Below are positions 31,171 through 45,200 of a stretch of DNA of 64,000 bases, in pieces (positions within the stretch are counted from its first letter, which is position 1; each line of letters begins with the position of its first letter). The notes beneath the pieces are model-generated. The model saw only the letters and a program-made list of their open reading frames with translations, did not search any database and was not told where the DNA came from. The translations under genes and the position numbers were made by a program. The stretch is from a bacterium (GTDB lineage: Bacteria > UBA8248 > JACPRG01 > G963555815): contig CBDHDG010000007.1 of NCBI GenBank assembly GCA_965261595.1, positions 384,001 through 448,000 of the forward strand, given 5' to 3'.

Positions 31171-34025
31171 TCCCCCGCTCTATGGTTTTGTTGGACACTC
31201 GATTGATCCATGATTCAGAGCCTGTCCCATTCATAGTTGAAGGTTGAGAAAAAGAGGTGGCGGTTCACTCCTGCCGACTCGGTTAGAATCGGGTTGGCAA
31301 ACATTCAAAGAGGAGGAACCGCCATGAGTGAAGCTTACCAGATCATCGAGAAGAAAGAGACCCAAAGGTTGGCCGCCTTTGTGGCGGAGCACGGGCAGGC
31401 GTTTTTTCCTCTGGTGTCGCTGGTGGAGCAGTCCCAACTGGCGGTGGAGGACCTGATGGACGTCATGGGCCGGGCGGGCCTGGAGGCCGTGCTTTTGCTG
31501 TCGGCCAAGGGCTTGACGGGCGCGCCGCATCCAGGCAAGCGGGGTGGCGAGGTCCGCCGGCACGGCAGCCAGGGGGGCCGGGTGACCCTGAAGGGGCGCA
31601 AGCTGAAGGTGAGAAAGCCGCGGCTTCGCCGCCGGGGCCAGGGTCGGGGCGGGGAGGTGGAGGTGCCGGCGTATGCGGCCATGCAGGCCGACCCCGGGCT
31701 GGGGGAGCGGATGCTGGATTTGCTGATGCGAGGGGTCTCGACGCGGAACTACGCGGCCGTTCTTCCCGAGCTGGCCGAGACGGTGGGGGTGTCGAAGTCG
31801 GCCGTGAGCCGGGAGAGCATCGAGGCGGCCGAGGCGAAGCTGCGGCGTCTTTGTGAGCGGCGTTTTGACGACATCGACCTCCTCATCCTCTACCTGGACG
31901 GTCTGCGCTTCGGCGCGCATCACGTCATCGTGGCCGTTGGGGTGGACACACGGGGCCAAAAGCACGTTCTGGGCCTGAGGTCGGGCGCCACCGAGAACGC
32001 CACGGTCGTGACGGCGCTTCTTGAGGAGTTGGTGGAGCGCGGCGTGCGGCCCGGGCGGCGTCGGCTTTTTGTCATCGACGGCTCGAGGGCGCTTCGTGCG
32101 GCGATTGACCGGGTGTACGGGGACGACAATCCGGTGCAGCGGTGCCGCAACCACAAGGTGAAGAACGTGATGGACCACCTGCCCGAGGAGTTGAAGGATC
32201 CGGTGAAGGCGACGATGAAGGCGGCCTGGCGGCTGGCGCCGAAGGAGGGGATTGCCCGTCTGCGCAAGCAGGCCCGGTGGCTTCAGATCGAGCATCCGGA
32301 CGCGGCCGCCAGCCTTTTGGAGGGTCTGGAGGAGATCTTCACCGTCAACCGCTTGGCTCTTCCGCCCGGCCTTCGGCGCTGCCTGGTGAGCACGAACCTG
32401 ATCGAGAGTCCCTGTTCGGGGGTGCGGATGCGCACCCGGCGCGTCGGCCGCTGGCGGGACGGGGCGATGGTGAAAAGGTGGGCCGCTTCCGCCTTCCTCG
32501 CCACCGAGAAGAACTTCCGTCGCCTGGACGGCTACCGGGACCTGTGGATCCTGAAGGCCGTTCTGGACGAGCCCCGCTTTGACACCCGAGAGGAGGTCGC
32601 ATAAGGTGAACCACACACGGACCGCCGCCTCAAACCTTCAACTGAATTCGGGACACCCTCATGATTCATGGAGAAAGGGGTGTCGCGATGAACGAACAAA
32701 AGCAAGAGGGGGCTTTGGCGGAGGGCGCCCGCAGGGCGAACGGAGCCAAGGCCCCAGGGCATCGCAGTGAGCGGGGTCGGTTCTCCTGCCAGCGCAAGCG
32801 GGAGGCGGTCCTGCGTCTTTTGCGGGGCGAGAGCCTGGAGACGCTCTGCCGCGAGTTGGGCACGACAGCGGCTCGGCTTTCCGCCTGGCGCGAGGCGTTC
32901 CTTCGCGGGGGCGAGGCGGCGCTCAAAGCCCGCCCGGCGGATGAGCGGGACGAGGAGAACGCCCGGCTCAAGGCCAAGGTGGGCGAACTCACGATGGATG
33001 GCGAGGTCCTGCGGGAGAAGATCGACCGCCTGGAGGCCGGCCGCCCTTTAGCCGGCAGGAGGTGGAGGCGATGAGTCAGGCCCGCTTCACCTCCACGGGC
33101 AGAGCCTACGGCCTGAAGCGGGTGTGCGCCCTTTGGGGCTTGGCGCGCTCCACGGTCTACGCGCAACGGCGGCGAGAGGCGGTCCCCGTTCATGAACGCC
33201 CCACGCCCAATAAGCGCGGCCCTGTGGGCCCGTGCACCGATGCGGAACTCCTCGGCCACATCCGGCAGGTCCTGGAGGACTCTCCCTTCCATGGCGAGGG
33301 CTACCGCAAGGTGTGGGCGAGGCTGCGCTTCGCGGGCATCCGCACCAGCAAGGAGCGGGTGCGTCGCCTGATGCGGGAGGCGGGGCTTCAGGCCCCCCAC
33401 CGGGTGGGCAAACCCCGAGGTCCCAAGGCCCACAACGGGACCATCCGCACCGAGCGGCCCGACCGAATGTGGGGCACGGACATGACGACGACGGTGACCA
33501 CCGAGGAGGGGATGGCCTCGGTGTTCGTGGCGGTGGATCACTGCTCGGTGGACTGCGTGGGGATCCATGCGGCCAAGAGCGGCAACCGCTTCGAGGCCCT
33601 GGAGCCGATCCGGCAGGGGGTCGCCGAGCGCTTCGCCGGCTTGGAGGCGGACGTCGCCGAGGGGCTTAAAGTTCGTCACGACCACGGCCCCGCCTATCTG
33701 TCCGATGACTTTCAGCGGGAGATCGCCTACCTGGGCATGACCAGTTCGCCCAGCTTCGTGCGGGCGCCCGAGGGAAATGGCTACTGTGAGTGGTTTATCC
33801 GCATCTTGAAGGAGAATCTCCTGTGGGTGCGCTCTTTCGCCACCGTAGAGGAACTGCGGTGGGCGCTGCTTGAGTTCAAGAACCTGTACAACCATCATTG
33901 GATTCTCGAGGGCTACGGCTACCGAACGCCGGCCCAGGCAAGGCAGGAAAAACTCGCTCAAGTTGCGGAGGCCGCATGAGGTCGAATACCCTCACCCGAG
34001 TGTCCAATAACCCAGGGGCGGTCCA
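31171..34025 (+). mobile_element. IS3-family element, copy 5 (with nested IS256)
   Basis: Left IR 31171-31217, remainder 32661-34025; flanks AAGG / CCAA do not match. Confidence 0.88.
31218..32660 (+). mobile_element. IS256-family element with intact transposase (31324-32604)
   Basis: 8-bp duplication ATGATTCA; YLDG, VIDG, QRCRNHK, STNLIES motifs. Confidence 0.9.
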
Positions 34026-34657
34026 CCAACCTGCACTGGCGGGAAGAGAACGTCGTGAGGTTCTACAACCAGCGTGGGACGGCGGAGCAGTGGATCAAGG
34101 AGGGCAAGTACGCCCTGAACTGGACGCGCCTGTCCTGCCACGGCTTTGAAGAGAACCAGGTTCGCTTGCAACTATTTGCCTTGGCGTACAACCTGGCAAA
34201 CTTCCTGCGGCGGCTGGCGTTGCCCAGAGCGGTGAAGCACTGGTCGCTGACGACGTTACGCGAGAAGCTGATTAAGATTGGGGCCAAGGTGGTCACCCAC
34301 GCCCGGCACACCACCTTCCAGATGGCCGAGGTGGCCGTGCCGCGTCAACTGTTCAGGGCAATCCTTGAACGAATTCGACGGTTGTGGTTACCGCCTCCCG
34401 TACCAGATACCGGATGACGGAGCAGATGGCCCGGAAGCTTAGTGACGTGGTGGAGACGGGGGATCAGTCTGTGCCGAACTCCCCTGAGTGTGCCGGTAGA
34501 GCTGGGTTTTCAAGGGATTGCGGCTTTAGGACGGCCGTTGCCCCTCGATTGAGCAGAGGGTTCTGCAAAGAGACCCTGAATCTGTAGTAAAATGGGGTAC
34601 TTTGATGACACAGGAGGACCGCAGGATGGCTAAGAGTGGTCATCTGGGAAATCCCGG
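34026..34657 (+). mobile_element. IS1380-family 3' remnant
   Basis: FYNQRGTAEQWIKEGK...WSLTTLREKLIKIGAK; end CATCTGGGAAATCCCGG. Confidence 0.82.
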
Positions 34658-34699
34658 TTGAATGGAGAACAGATCGTCAACAGGAGGAGGATATCGGAG

Positions 34700-36340
34700 A
34701 TGAAAGCGCGTCGATTCAGGCCGGGGACCGTTCACCGAGCCGTTGTTGTCGGGGTTTTGTTGTGGAGCTTGATATTCGCCGGGGCCGCGTTCGCACGTGG
34801 CAAGACCGTCACGCTTGCCTCCACCGGCGACCTGTTCCGCATCTCGAACCCGGCGATTTTCCGGCTTTCCTCGCTGAACTACTGGTGGTATCAGGTTTTC
34901 AGCGGCCTCGTCCGGGTGAACAAGGATTTCAAGCCCGTTTCGGATCTGGCGGAATCCTGGACGGTGAGCGATGACGGAAAGACCTATACGTTCAACCTCC
35001 GAAGCGGGGTCCAGTGGCACGACGGCAAGCCTTTCAGCGCGGAGGACGTGAAGTTCACCTACGAGCTCATGCTCAACAAAGACAATCGCGCGGCTTCCTC
35101 CCACTGGCTGTACTACGGATACATCGAGGGGGCCGCCGCGTATCGGGCCGGGAAGGCGGATTCTATCAAAGGCATTGAAGTTCTGGGACCCGCTAAGATC
35201 CGGATTCGGCTGAATGCGCCTTACGCGGCGTTCCTGACCGTTTCGGCGGCCCAGCCCATTGTGCCGAAGCATATTCTCGGGAGTGTTCCCGTCAGAAAGA
35301 TGATCAAGCACAAGTTCACCCACTACCCCGTTGGAACCGGGCCTTACGTCGTTGAGTCCTGGAAGTCCAGAGACCGGACCGTTTTGCGGGCCAATCCGAA
35401 TTACTTCGGCAAAAAGCCGAATTTCGACCGGATCATCTGGCGAACCCTGCCGGACAGCTTCTCCCGGCTCTCCGCTTTGCGGACGGGTAAGATCGATGTG
35501 AACGGCATGTACGCCGCCGTTCCGGTGGACGAGTTCGGAAACCTGGGCAAAGACCCCTGCTGCCGGGGAGTCCGGATGTCCGGCCAGTCCAACTGGTTCA
35601 TGGATTTCAACCTCAAGAACCCCATGTTCCACGACCCTCGGGTCCGGAAGGCCATCAGCTACGCCATCGACAGGAAGGTCATTCTGAAGGAGATCTTCCA
35701 TGGCTGGGGAACCATCAACAACACGCCCTTCCATTCCCTGTCCTGGGCCTACAAGCGGGACGTGACGATATACGATGGCGACTTGGGCAAGGCCAAGGCG
35801 CTCCTGGAAGAAGCGGGCTGGAAGATAGGGCCGGGCGGCGTACGCGTCAAGGACGGTAAGCGCCTCAGCTTTACCTGGCGCGTGGGCATCGGACGGGCGG
35901 CCGCCATCATGGCCCAAGCGGCCGTGCCGATGTTGCGAAAGGCGGGGATCGAGGCCAAGGTCGAACGGCTCGATTTTGTGACCCTGTGGTTCAAGCATTA
36001 CGTCAGGAAGAAATACGATGTGCTCTCCCACCTCCACCCCAACAGCATTTACCCGGATCCGGACTACGACCTGTTGCGCTGGTACGACAGCAGGATCAAC
36101 AAGACGGGCTATAACAACCCGAAAGTCGAACAGATCATCAAGAAGGCCGCGGTCACGCGGGGCCGCGCGAAGCGCAAAGCCCTGTACGATGAGCTTCAGG
36201 AAATCCTGGCGAAGGACGCCGTGCGACTATGGCTGATCCAGACGGACGAGCTGTGGGGCGTGAGCAAGGACCTGGTCATGCCCAGCGCCCCCACGGGATA
36301 TCGGCGGATCCTGGCCATCGACGAGTGGGATCGGAAGTAG
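34700..36340 (+). CDS. Peptide/nickel ABC substrate-binding protein (family 5), no adjacent permease
   Basis: Signal peptide, DLAESWTVSDDGKTYTFNLR, WHDGKPFSAEDVKFT, PVGTGPY. Confidence 0.92.
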   Translation: MKARRFRPGTVHRAVVVGVLLWSLIFAGAAFARGKTVTLASTGDLFRISNPAIFRLSSLNYWWYQVFSGLVRVNKDFKPVSDLAESWTVSDDGKTYTFNLRSGVQWHDGKPFSAEDVKFTYELMLNKDNRAASSHWLYYGYIEGAAAYRAGKADSIKGIEVLGPAKIRIRLNAPYAAFLTVSAAQPIVPKHILGSVPVRKMIKHKFTHYPVGTGPYVVESWKSRDRTVLRANPNYFGKKPNFDRIIWRTLPDSFSRLSALRTGKIDVNGMYAAVPVDEFGNLGKDPCCRGVRMSGQSNWFMDFNLKNPMFHDPRVRKAISYAIDRKVILKEIFHGWGTINNTPFHSLSWAYKRDVTIYDGDLGKAKALLEEAGWKIGPGGVRVKDGKRLSFTWRVGIGRAAAIMAQAAVPMLRKAGIEAKVERLDFVTLWFKHYVRKKYDVLSHLHPNSIYPDPDYDLLRWYDSRINKTGYNNPKVEQIIKKAAVTRGRAKRKALYDELQEILAKDAVRLWLIQTDELWGVSKDLVMPSAPTGYRRILAIDEWDRK

Positions 36341-36360
36341 TCGGAAAAGACCGGAAGAAT

Positions 36361-36401
36361 GCGGGGACCCCGGCGGAGGATTTTCCGCCTTCGGGGCCCG
36401 C
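36361..36401 (+). terminator. Hairpin after the SBP gene
   Basis: GCGGG..CCCCGGCGGA...TCCGCC..GGGGCCCGC imperfect stem. Confidence 0.4.
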
Positions 36402-36498
36402 AAGAGGTCTGATTCGATGTTGGTGTTTCTGAGCGGCAGGCCGGGCGGGACGCCCGGCCTGCCGCGATCCGGCGAAGCGACGGGCGATTCTTCCGGAT

Positions 36499-37206
36499 TA
36501 CAGTGATTTTGCAGCTCTGGTAAAAAACAACTGGGATGATATCCGCCATCTGGCGGAACAGCATTCCTACTGGACGAACCGAGATAATTGCGACGAGTTG
36601 TTAGCTAAAAAGAGAGCTACAGTTTCGACCCTCCTAAATACGGAATCAAGGATTATTCAGGAACTAGATAATTCGGAACAATGGATTCAAACAGCGTGCC
36701 GCCTCAGGACATTACTTGATATTGTGAACACATTGGGCTGCTTCATTCTGACAAAAGGAAGAATTGAAGACTACTATATTCATAAATTAAGCAAAAATCG
36801 TAATGATAAACGCAATGTGGCAGCGCTCGAAGCATCTCATATTGCGGATGCAGATAACCTGAATATCAGAAAAGACTATGCTGATATAGTCGCTGCTATA
36901 GAGTATGCCGCGCACGCGGAGACGATTGATGAAGGCATGGCGATAAGAGATCTTGTTCTGGCGGTCGTCACACCAGCGTTGGCGAATATTACTCCTGACA
37001 CAACGACCATTCAACTTAAGACCCAAAGTAAAAGCATGTTGGGCAAGAAATCCGAATTGTTCGATCTTGAAGTGGAAAACGATGACGGTCTTCACTTGGT
37101 AGTAAACCTAAAATCGACAATATTAGATGTAAAGGGATTTCCACTTAGAATTCCTGTCGATTCAAATCCGATTGTCAGTGTAAATCATCAAATGGGTCTC
37201 GAGTAA
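36499..37206 (+). pseudogene. Probable C-terminal part of the OLD-like nuclease
   Basis: Open frame from 36499 with no proper start, low GC like 30290-31170, GCFILTKGRIEDYY. Confidence 0.6.
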
Positions 37207-38030
37207 CGGTTGCTGTCTAACGAAGAGTTAACCTCCCAGTATTGAGATGGTGAGGGTTCAATACCTCAGAGTGTTAAATCACATACTCCGCTGACCTGCC
37301 CCCAAGAACGAGACCACCTGCTACGTTAGACACGGGACCCTTTGAAGTCCACTCCGGGGAACCGGCGCCAGGGCTTGGGATCTTGGGAATCTGGTCTCCG
37401 GCGCAGGCGGCCGGTAGGCCAAGGCGCTGTGAGGCCGTCGCTGGTTGTACGCCCCCTCCACCTCTCCACCAGCACCTGGGCTTCCTTCAGCGTCTCAAAC
37501 ACCTCCACGTTCAGGAGCTCATCCCTCAGCTTCCCGTTGAAACGCTCCACATATCCGTTCTCCCAGGGACTCCCTGGCTCGATGTACAACGTCCTCACGC
37601 CAACCGCCTTGAGCCAGTCCCTGACCACCCTGGCCGTGAACTCCGACCCGTTATCTGACCGGAGGTATTCAGGGACTCCCCGGCCCACAAACAGCTCTGC
37701 CAACCGCTCCAGCACATCTTGGTGATTCATCTGCCTTGGGGGCATCAATGGATAAACATTCAAAGGCTGTACGCATCCAAAATGGTCAACAGCCGGAAAG
37801 CTCTCCCTTCTTGGGTACACTCATGCATGAAGGCATAGCTCCAGACATGGTTCCGATGAGTTGGTCTCAGGCGCACGCAGGACCCGTCATGGAGCCACAG
37901 TCTCCTTCGTTTCGGCTGTCTGGACGGGACCTTCAGCCCCTCCTGTCTCCAAAGCCTTTCCACTCGCTTGGGGTTCACCTTCCACCCCTCTAAGGCGAAG
38001 CATGGCCGTGATCCTCCGGTACCCGTATCG

Positions 38031-39380
38031 ATGGGGTGGACGCCCCCTCCCGACGGCATCACGCTGTGGCAAGGTGGTGTCGTGTTCAACCCCTGAAGGA
38101 GGAGGAACCATGGAACAAGTGAGCATCATCGGCATCGATTTGGCGAAACACGGCTTTCAACTGCACGGCGCGCGGCCGGACGGTTCGGTTGCATTCCGCA
38201 AGAAGCTGACCAGGGAGAAAGTGCTGGACTTTCTGGCCTCGCACCCGCGCTGTCTGGTAGCGATGGAGGCATGTGCGAGCGCGCACTATTGGGGCCATGA
38301 GATCGGCAAGCTCGGCCATGAGGTGAAGCTCATGCCGCCGGTCTATGTGAAACCCTTCGTCAAGCGTCACAAGAACGACGCCGCGGATGCGGAGGCCATC
38401 TGCGAGGCGGCCTCTCGCCCGACCATGCGCTTTGTGGCCGTGAAGACGGAGGGCCAGCAGGCCCACGGGATGCTGTTCCGCACGCGCGATTTGCTGGTGC
38501 GCCAGCGCACGCAGCCCATCAACGCGCTCCGGGGCCACTTGGCGGAGTTCGGGGTCATCGCTCCGCAGGGACCGGCTTATGTCGGCCGGCTGGCGTTGGC
38601 CCTTGCAGAGCCGGGCTCGGGGCTGCCCGAGGCGGTCCGCGAGCTGGGCGGTGTTCTGCTCGATCAGATTGCCGGCCTGAACGAGAAGATTCGGGAGTTG
38701 GACAAGCAACTCCGCACGAGTGCGCGCCAGGACGAAGAGACGAGGCGCCTGATGACCATCCCGGGGATCGGGTCGATCAGTGCGATGGCTATCCAGGCCT
38801 TCGCGCCGCCGATGGAGAGCTTCCGGCGCGGCCGTGACTTCTCGGCCTGGCTCGGGCTTGTCCCGCGGCAGAACTCCACCGGAGGCAAGCCGCGGCTGGG
38901 CAAGATATCGAAGACGGGCCAGCGCGATGTCAGGCGGCTGTTGATCACGGGCGCGATGGTGGTGGTGCGTTGGGCGGCCCGGCGCGGTGCGCCGGCAGGC
39001 TCATGGCTGGCTCGGATGCTGGTCGCGGTGGCGCTGCCGAATCGAATGGCGCGGACTGCCTGGGCGTTGATGACGAAGAAAGCGGTCTATCGGGAGCCGG
39101 CGCCGGCCGTCTGAGCGACAGGCGCGCGGATGACGTCGGGAATGTGAGCAGGTCGGAGGACGGGTAAGGGACAACGGTCAACGCGACGGGATCGGGAAAA
39201 CCAGGGTATGGCCAAGAGCCCTCGAGCTCGCCGTGCCGATTTGGACCTGGTCCGCGCATCTCCATACGGGCCCGCAGCGTGTGACCCGCCGCATCAGAAG
39301 GCCGGATACACGACTGCACCTGACCACATTGCTCCAAACTGTCCGAAGAAAACGCTTGCATTCACGGGGGCGTCCATACA
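38031..39380 (+). mobile_element. IS110-family element, IS1111 type (transposase 38110-39114)
   Basis: GIDLAK, MEAC, KNDAADAEA, QNSTGG; subterminal IRs TGGACGCCCCC (38037) / GGGGGCGTCCA (39366); CG on both sides. Confidence 0.88.
39120..39330 (+). ncRNA. Putative seek/bridge RNA in the 3' non-coding end of the IS1111-type element
   Basis: 266-nt non-coding end; ATACACGA (39306-39313) equals the predicted circle junction. Confidence 0.55.
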
Positions 39381-39913
39381 CGGCTATACTGACTGGCCAA
39401 CTCCAGCATCCGGATCACCAGTTGTGCCTCTTCCTTGGGGAATCTGTCGGACTCTTCGCTGGGTGGATCTGGCCTGTCCCAACACGCGGCAGGCCCGACG
39501 CTCACAGACTCGCTCAGGCCCGAACCGCTCTCTGACCCATACCACGGATCCTCTCCGCTTCGCCGGCGCCTGGAAGTTTCCCGAGGAGACTTCCTTCAAA
39601 ATCTGGTTGTCCAGCGACAGGTCCGCCACCAGCTTCTTCAGCCGGCCATTCTCCTTGTCCAGCGACTTCAGACGCTTGGCCTGATCCATCCTCAGACCCC
39701 CGTACTCCTTCCTCCACCGGTAGTCGGTCTGCTCGGTTACCCCGACCGGCTTGCACACCTGGACCACCGTCTTCCCCTGGGACTGGGCCACTTCCGCCTC
39801 TCGCAGCTTGATGACGATCTGTTCCGCTGTAAACCGCTTCCTGGCCAGCCTTCCCCTCCTTCCGAAAATCCAGGAATACTCCTTTATCAACTGGACTCGT
39901 TTGAAGGGGGCAG

Positions 39914-41090
<1,177 letters not shown>

Positions 41091-41153
41091 AGGTCAGGGT
41101 AGCTTTATTCACAGGGGATTGTAAAAGCTATGACACCGGATTAGGCTGGTGTC

Positions 41154-42009
41154 GTGGACGTAAAGAGCTTTGAAGGGCTTGTAAAAACGGAGGTTACAGC
41201 GAGACGCCATTTGCTCAGGGCGTGTCAGAAAAACGGGCGTAAAATCTGCCCTCGTTGTGAGGGTCGAAAATGCTACGTTGTGGGCACGAAAGGGCGGTTT
41301 CGCTGCGCTGGGTGTCGGTACACCTTCGGGCCGTTCACGGGCCGCTGGCTGGGCCAGCTTCGCCTCTCGGCCCGGCAGTGGCTTTGGGTGGTGAAGCTCT
41401 TTGAGCTGGAGGTCGCGGCCCGCAAGATGGCCCAGCAACTCGCCGTGAGCTATCCGACGGCGCTCAGGGCTGTGACGACGCTCAGGCGCAGTCTTGTGGC
41501 CGGAACGCCGGGGGGACAGGAGCTTCTTCGAGGGGAGGTGGAGGCGGACGAGGCCTACTTCGGGGGCAGGCGCAAGGGGAAGAGAGGCCGAGGCGCAGCG
41601 GGTAAAGTCCCTGTTTTCGGTATTTTGGAGCGGGGTGGCCGGGTGAAGGTGGAGGCGGTCGGCAATGTCAAGGCCCGGACCCTTTTGGCCTCCACCGTGA
41701 AGCTGGTCCATCGGGGCAGCGTGGTCTACACCGACCGCTACCAGCGTCTATGACGCCCTGATGTTCTGCGGCTATCGCCACCTGCGGGTGGATCATGATC
41801 GGCGCTTCAGTCGGGGCAAAGTGCACGTCAACGGCCTGGAAGGCTTTTGGGCCTACGCCAAGCAGAGGCTCATCAAACATCATGGCGTGTCCAAGGAGCG
41901 ATTCCCCCTCTACCGGAAGGAGATGGAATTCCGCTACAATCACCGCCACCAGGATCTCTTTCCCCTGGTGGTCCAACAACTCACCCAATTGGTGTCAAAA
42001 CCTTTATAA
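41154..42009 (+). pseudogene. IS1595-family transposase, frameshifted near 41745
   Basis: CPRC...CAGC, EVEADEAYFGG, VYTD, HVNGLEGFW, EMEFRYN. Confidence 0.85.
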
Positions 42010-42286
42010 TTCCCTATTCATATAACAGGACGAAAAAGAGAGCATAAGCATATATATATGGATGGTGTCCTCTAGATTCCCCCGGGCTGGTAGGTAGCAG
42101 GAACGGTACCTAACTGCGTGTGGTGGCCGATCACGGCGCCGGCGGTAGTTTGAAAACCAAGCGCTTTGTGATTATATTCTGTCACCGTCTGGTTCTCAGG
42201 ATGATCCATTCTAACTAATTGAATCATAACACCTTATGAAACTAGTCGGAACTCCTTTCACGCACGATCCGGATAAGGTTTCGAAG

Positions 42287-45200
42287 ATGAATTACAAGTA
42301 CTACGATTCGGCGGCTCTCGTTGATCGGCTCTGCAATGCCTCTGATAGGAGAGACAGGGCCGTCACGTTCCTTGTAGGTTCGCCGCTATCGCTTCCGGAT
42401 CATGTGGGAGGGCACGGCGTGCCGGGTGTCTCCGGCATGATTGACCTCATCCGTCGTGAGTTCGAGTGTAGCGACGCCGAAACTGAATTTGATCAGAGCC
42501 TCAAGGGAGAGGCGGCGAATTGGTACCGGAGAGCCTTCGAGTTCTTGCATGGGCGAAGAGGGCAAGATGTCGTGAATAGAATCGTCAGAGCTGCCGTGTG
42601 GCAAGCCTTGGACGCCAACAATTGGCCTTCTTGCCTTCCCATGAAGTCGCCACATGATGCGGACTCTGCCATCTGCAAAACCCTAGAGGGTGAAGTTGAT
42701 GCTTGGGTCTTGCCACGTGCTGTGGATCTCCTCGGAAATCTGTTGGTAACTTTCTGGGATACGTTTGGAGGAGTTGTGTTGACGACAAACTTCGATCCTT
42801 TGATCGAGGTCAGTGTCCCCCGCTCTAGGGTTTTGTTGGACACTCGATTGATCCATGATTCATGGAGAAAGGGGTGTCGCGATGAACGAACAAAAGCAAG
42901 AGGGGGCTTTGGCGGAGGGCGCCCGCAGGGCGAACGGAGCCAAGGCCCCAGGGCATCGCAGTGAGCGGGGTCGGTTCTCCTGCCAGCGCAAGCGGGAGGC
43001 GGTCCTGCGTCTTTTGCGGGGCGAGAGCCTGGAGACGCTCTGCCGCGAGTTGGGCACGACAGCGGCTCGGCTTTCCGCCTGGCGCGAGGCGTTCCTTCGC
43101 GGGGGCGAGGCGGCGCTCAAAGCCCGCCCGGCGGATGAGCGGGACGAGGAGAACGCCCGGCTCAAGGCCAAGGTGGGCGAACTCACGATGGAGGGCGAGG
43201 TCCTGCGGGAGAAGATCGACCGCCTGGAGGCCGGCCGCCCTTTAGCCGGCAGGAGGTGGAGGCGATGAGTCAGGCCCGCTTCACCTCCACGGGCAGAGCC
43301 TACGGCCTGAAGCGGGTGTGCGCCCTTTGGGGCTTGGCGCGCTCCACGGTCTACGCGCAACGGCGGCGAGAGGCGGTCCCCGTTCATGAACGCCCCACGC
43401 CCCATAAGCGCGGCCCTGTGGGCCCGTGCACCGATGCGGAACTCCTCGGCCACATCCGGCAGGTCCTGGAGGACTCTCCCTTCCATGGCGAGGGCTACCG
43501 CAAGGTGTGGGCGAGGCTGCGCTTCGCGGGCATCCGCACCAGCAAGGAGCGGATGCGTCGCCTGATGCGGGAGGCGGGGCTTCAGGCCCCCCACCGGGTG
43601 GGCAAACCCCGAGGTCCCAAGGCCCACAACGGGACCATCCGCACCGAGCGGCCCGACCGAATGTGGGGCACGGACATGACGACGACGGTGACCACCGAGG
43701 AGGGGATGGCCTCGGTGTTCGTGGCGGTGGATCACTGCTCGGTGGACTGCGTGGGGATCCATGCGGCCAAGAGCGGCAACCGCTTCGAGGCCCTGGAGCC
43801 GATCCGGCAGGGGGTCGCCGAGCGCTTCGCCGGCTTGGAGGCGGACGTCGCCGAGGGGCTTAAAGTTCGTCACGACCACGGCCCCGCCTATCTGTCCGAT
43901 GACTTTCAGCGGGAGATCGCCTACCTGGGCATGACCAGTTCGCCCAGCTTCGTGCGGGCGCCCGAGGGAAATGGCTACTGTGAGTGGTTCATCCGCATCT
44001 TGAAGGAGAATCTCCTGTGGGTGCGCTCTTTCGCCACCGTAGAGGAACTGCGGTGGGCGCTGCTTGAGTTCAAGAACCTGTACAACCATCATTGGATTCT
44101 CGAGGGCTACGGCTACCGAACGCCGGCCCAGGCAAGGCAGGAAAAACTCGCTCAAGTTGCGGAGGCCGCATGAGGTCGAATACCCTCACCCGAGTGTCCA
44201 ATAACCCAGGGGCGGTCCAAGTGTGTCGAAGCACGGTGGGCGATTCTACAGAACTGTGCTCCACGACGACGGGAAACTGGGGCAGACGGTTGCAGAAGGT
44301 ACTCATATCGTCCACCTCCATGGGTATTGGCAGGGCTCTGACACGCTTCACACGCCGCAGCAGTTGGTTCAACCGCGGCCGCAGCTTGGAAGGTCGCTCG
44401 CGCGAGTGGTCGAGGCATCGACCCTGGTCGTTATTGGATATAGCGGTTGGGATGACGTGATTACGCAGACTCTTGTGGAATTACTATCAGATTCGGAGAG
44501 CAATCCAGAGATCATGTGGGCGTTTCATGAAGAAGACACAGCGACCATCGAGGCGTCGAACGAGCGGGTACTCTCTGTACTCGCGCCGGGAATTGGTCGG
44601 GGGAGAGTGTCGCTGTACCGAGATATCGACTGTTGCTCCATACTCTCTGATATCTACGAACAACTGAAACCTAGTTACCCAGCAACTTCTGGCCCGACCA
44701 GAGGGCCACATATGACTACCGTCGTCAAAGAGGACGCCGGTGGAGGCGCTGGACGGCGCCAAGTACGCATCGAGATGAATTTTGCGATGCCGCAGCAAGC
44801 CTCGGCCGATTCAGATAGACCGTTGTTTGTTACCCCCTGGGTCGGCCGAGATCAAGAACTGAGCATTCTGGCTTCCTCAATCACGCCTGTGGCTTTTATC
44901 ACAGGGCTGGGAGGGCAGGGAAAGTCAGCGCTTACTGGACGGTTTCTGCAACAGCAGGCCATGGCCGCGGGCGGTCGTTTTGAGTTCTGGGACTGGAGAG
45001 ACTGCCGAGAAGAAAGTGATCGACTGATCACGCAGATCCTTCGCCTTATCGAGCGTTTGAGCGATGGGGCAATAGACGCCAGCCAGATCGAGGTTACCGA
45101 TATCAGAGCGGTGATCGGTGTGCTGTTTCACGTGCTCCAGGACCGGAAGGCCCTTCTCGTCTTCGACAACGTAGACCAGTACGTCGATCTCGAGACGCTC

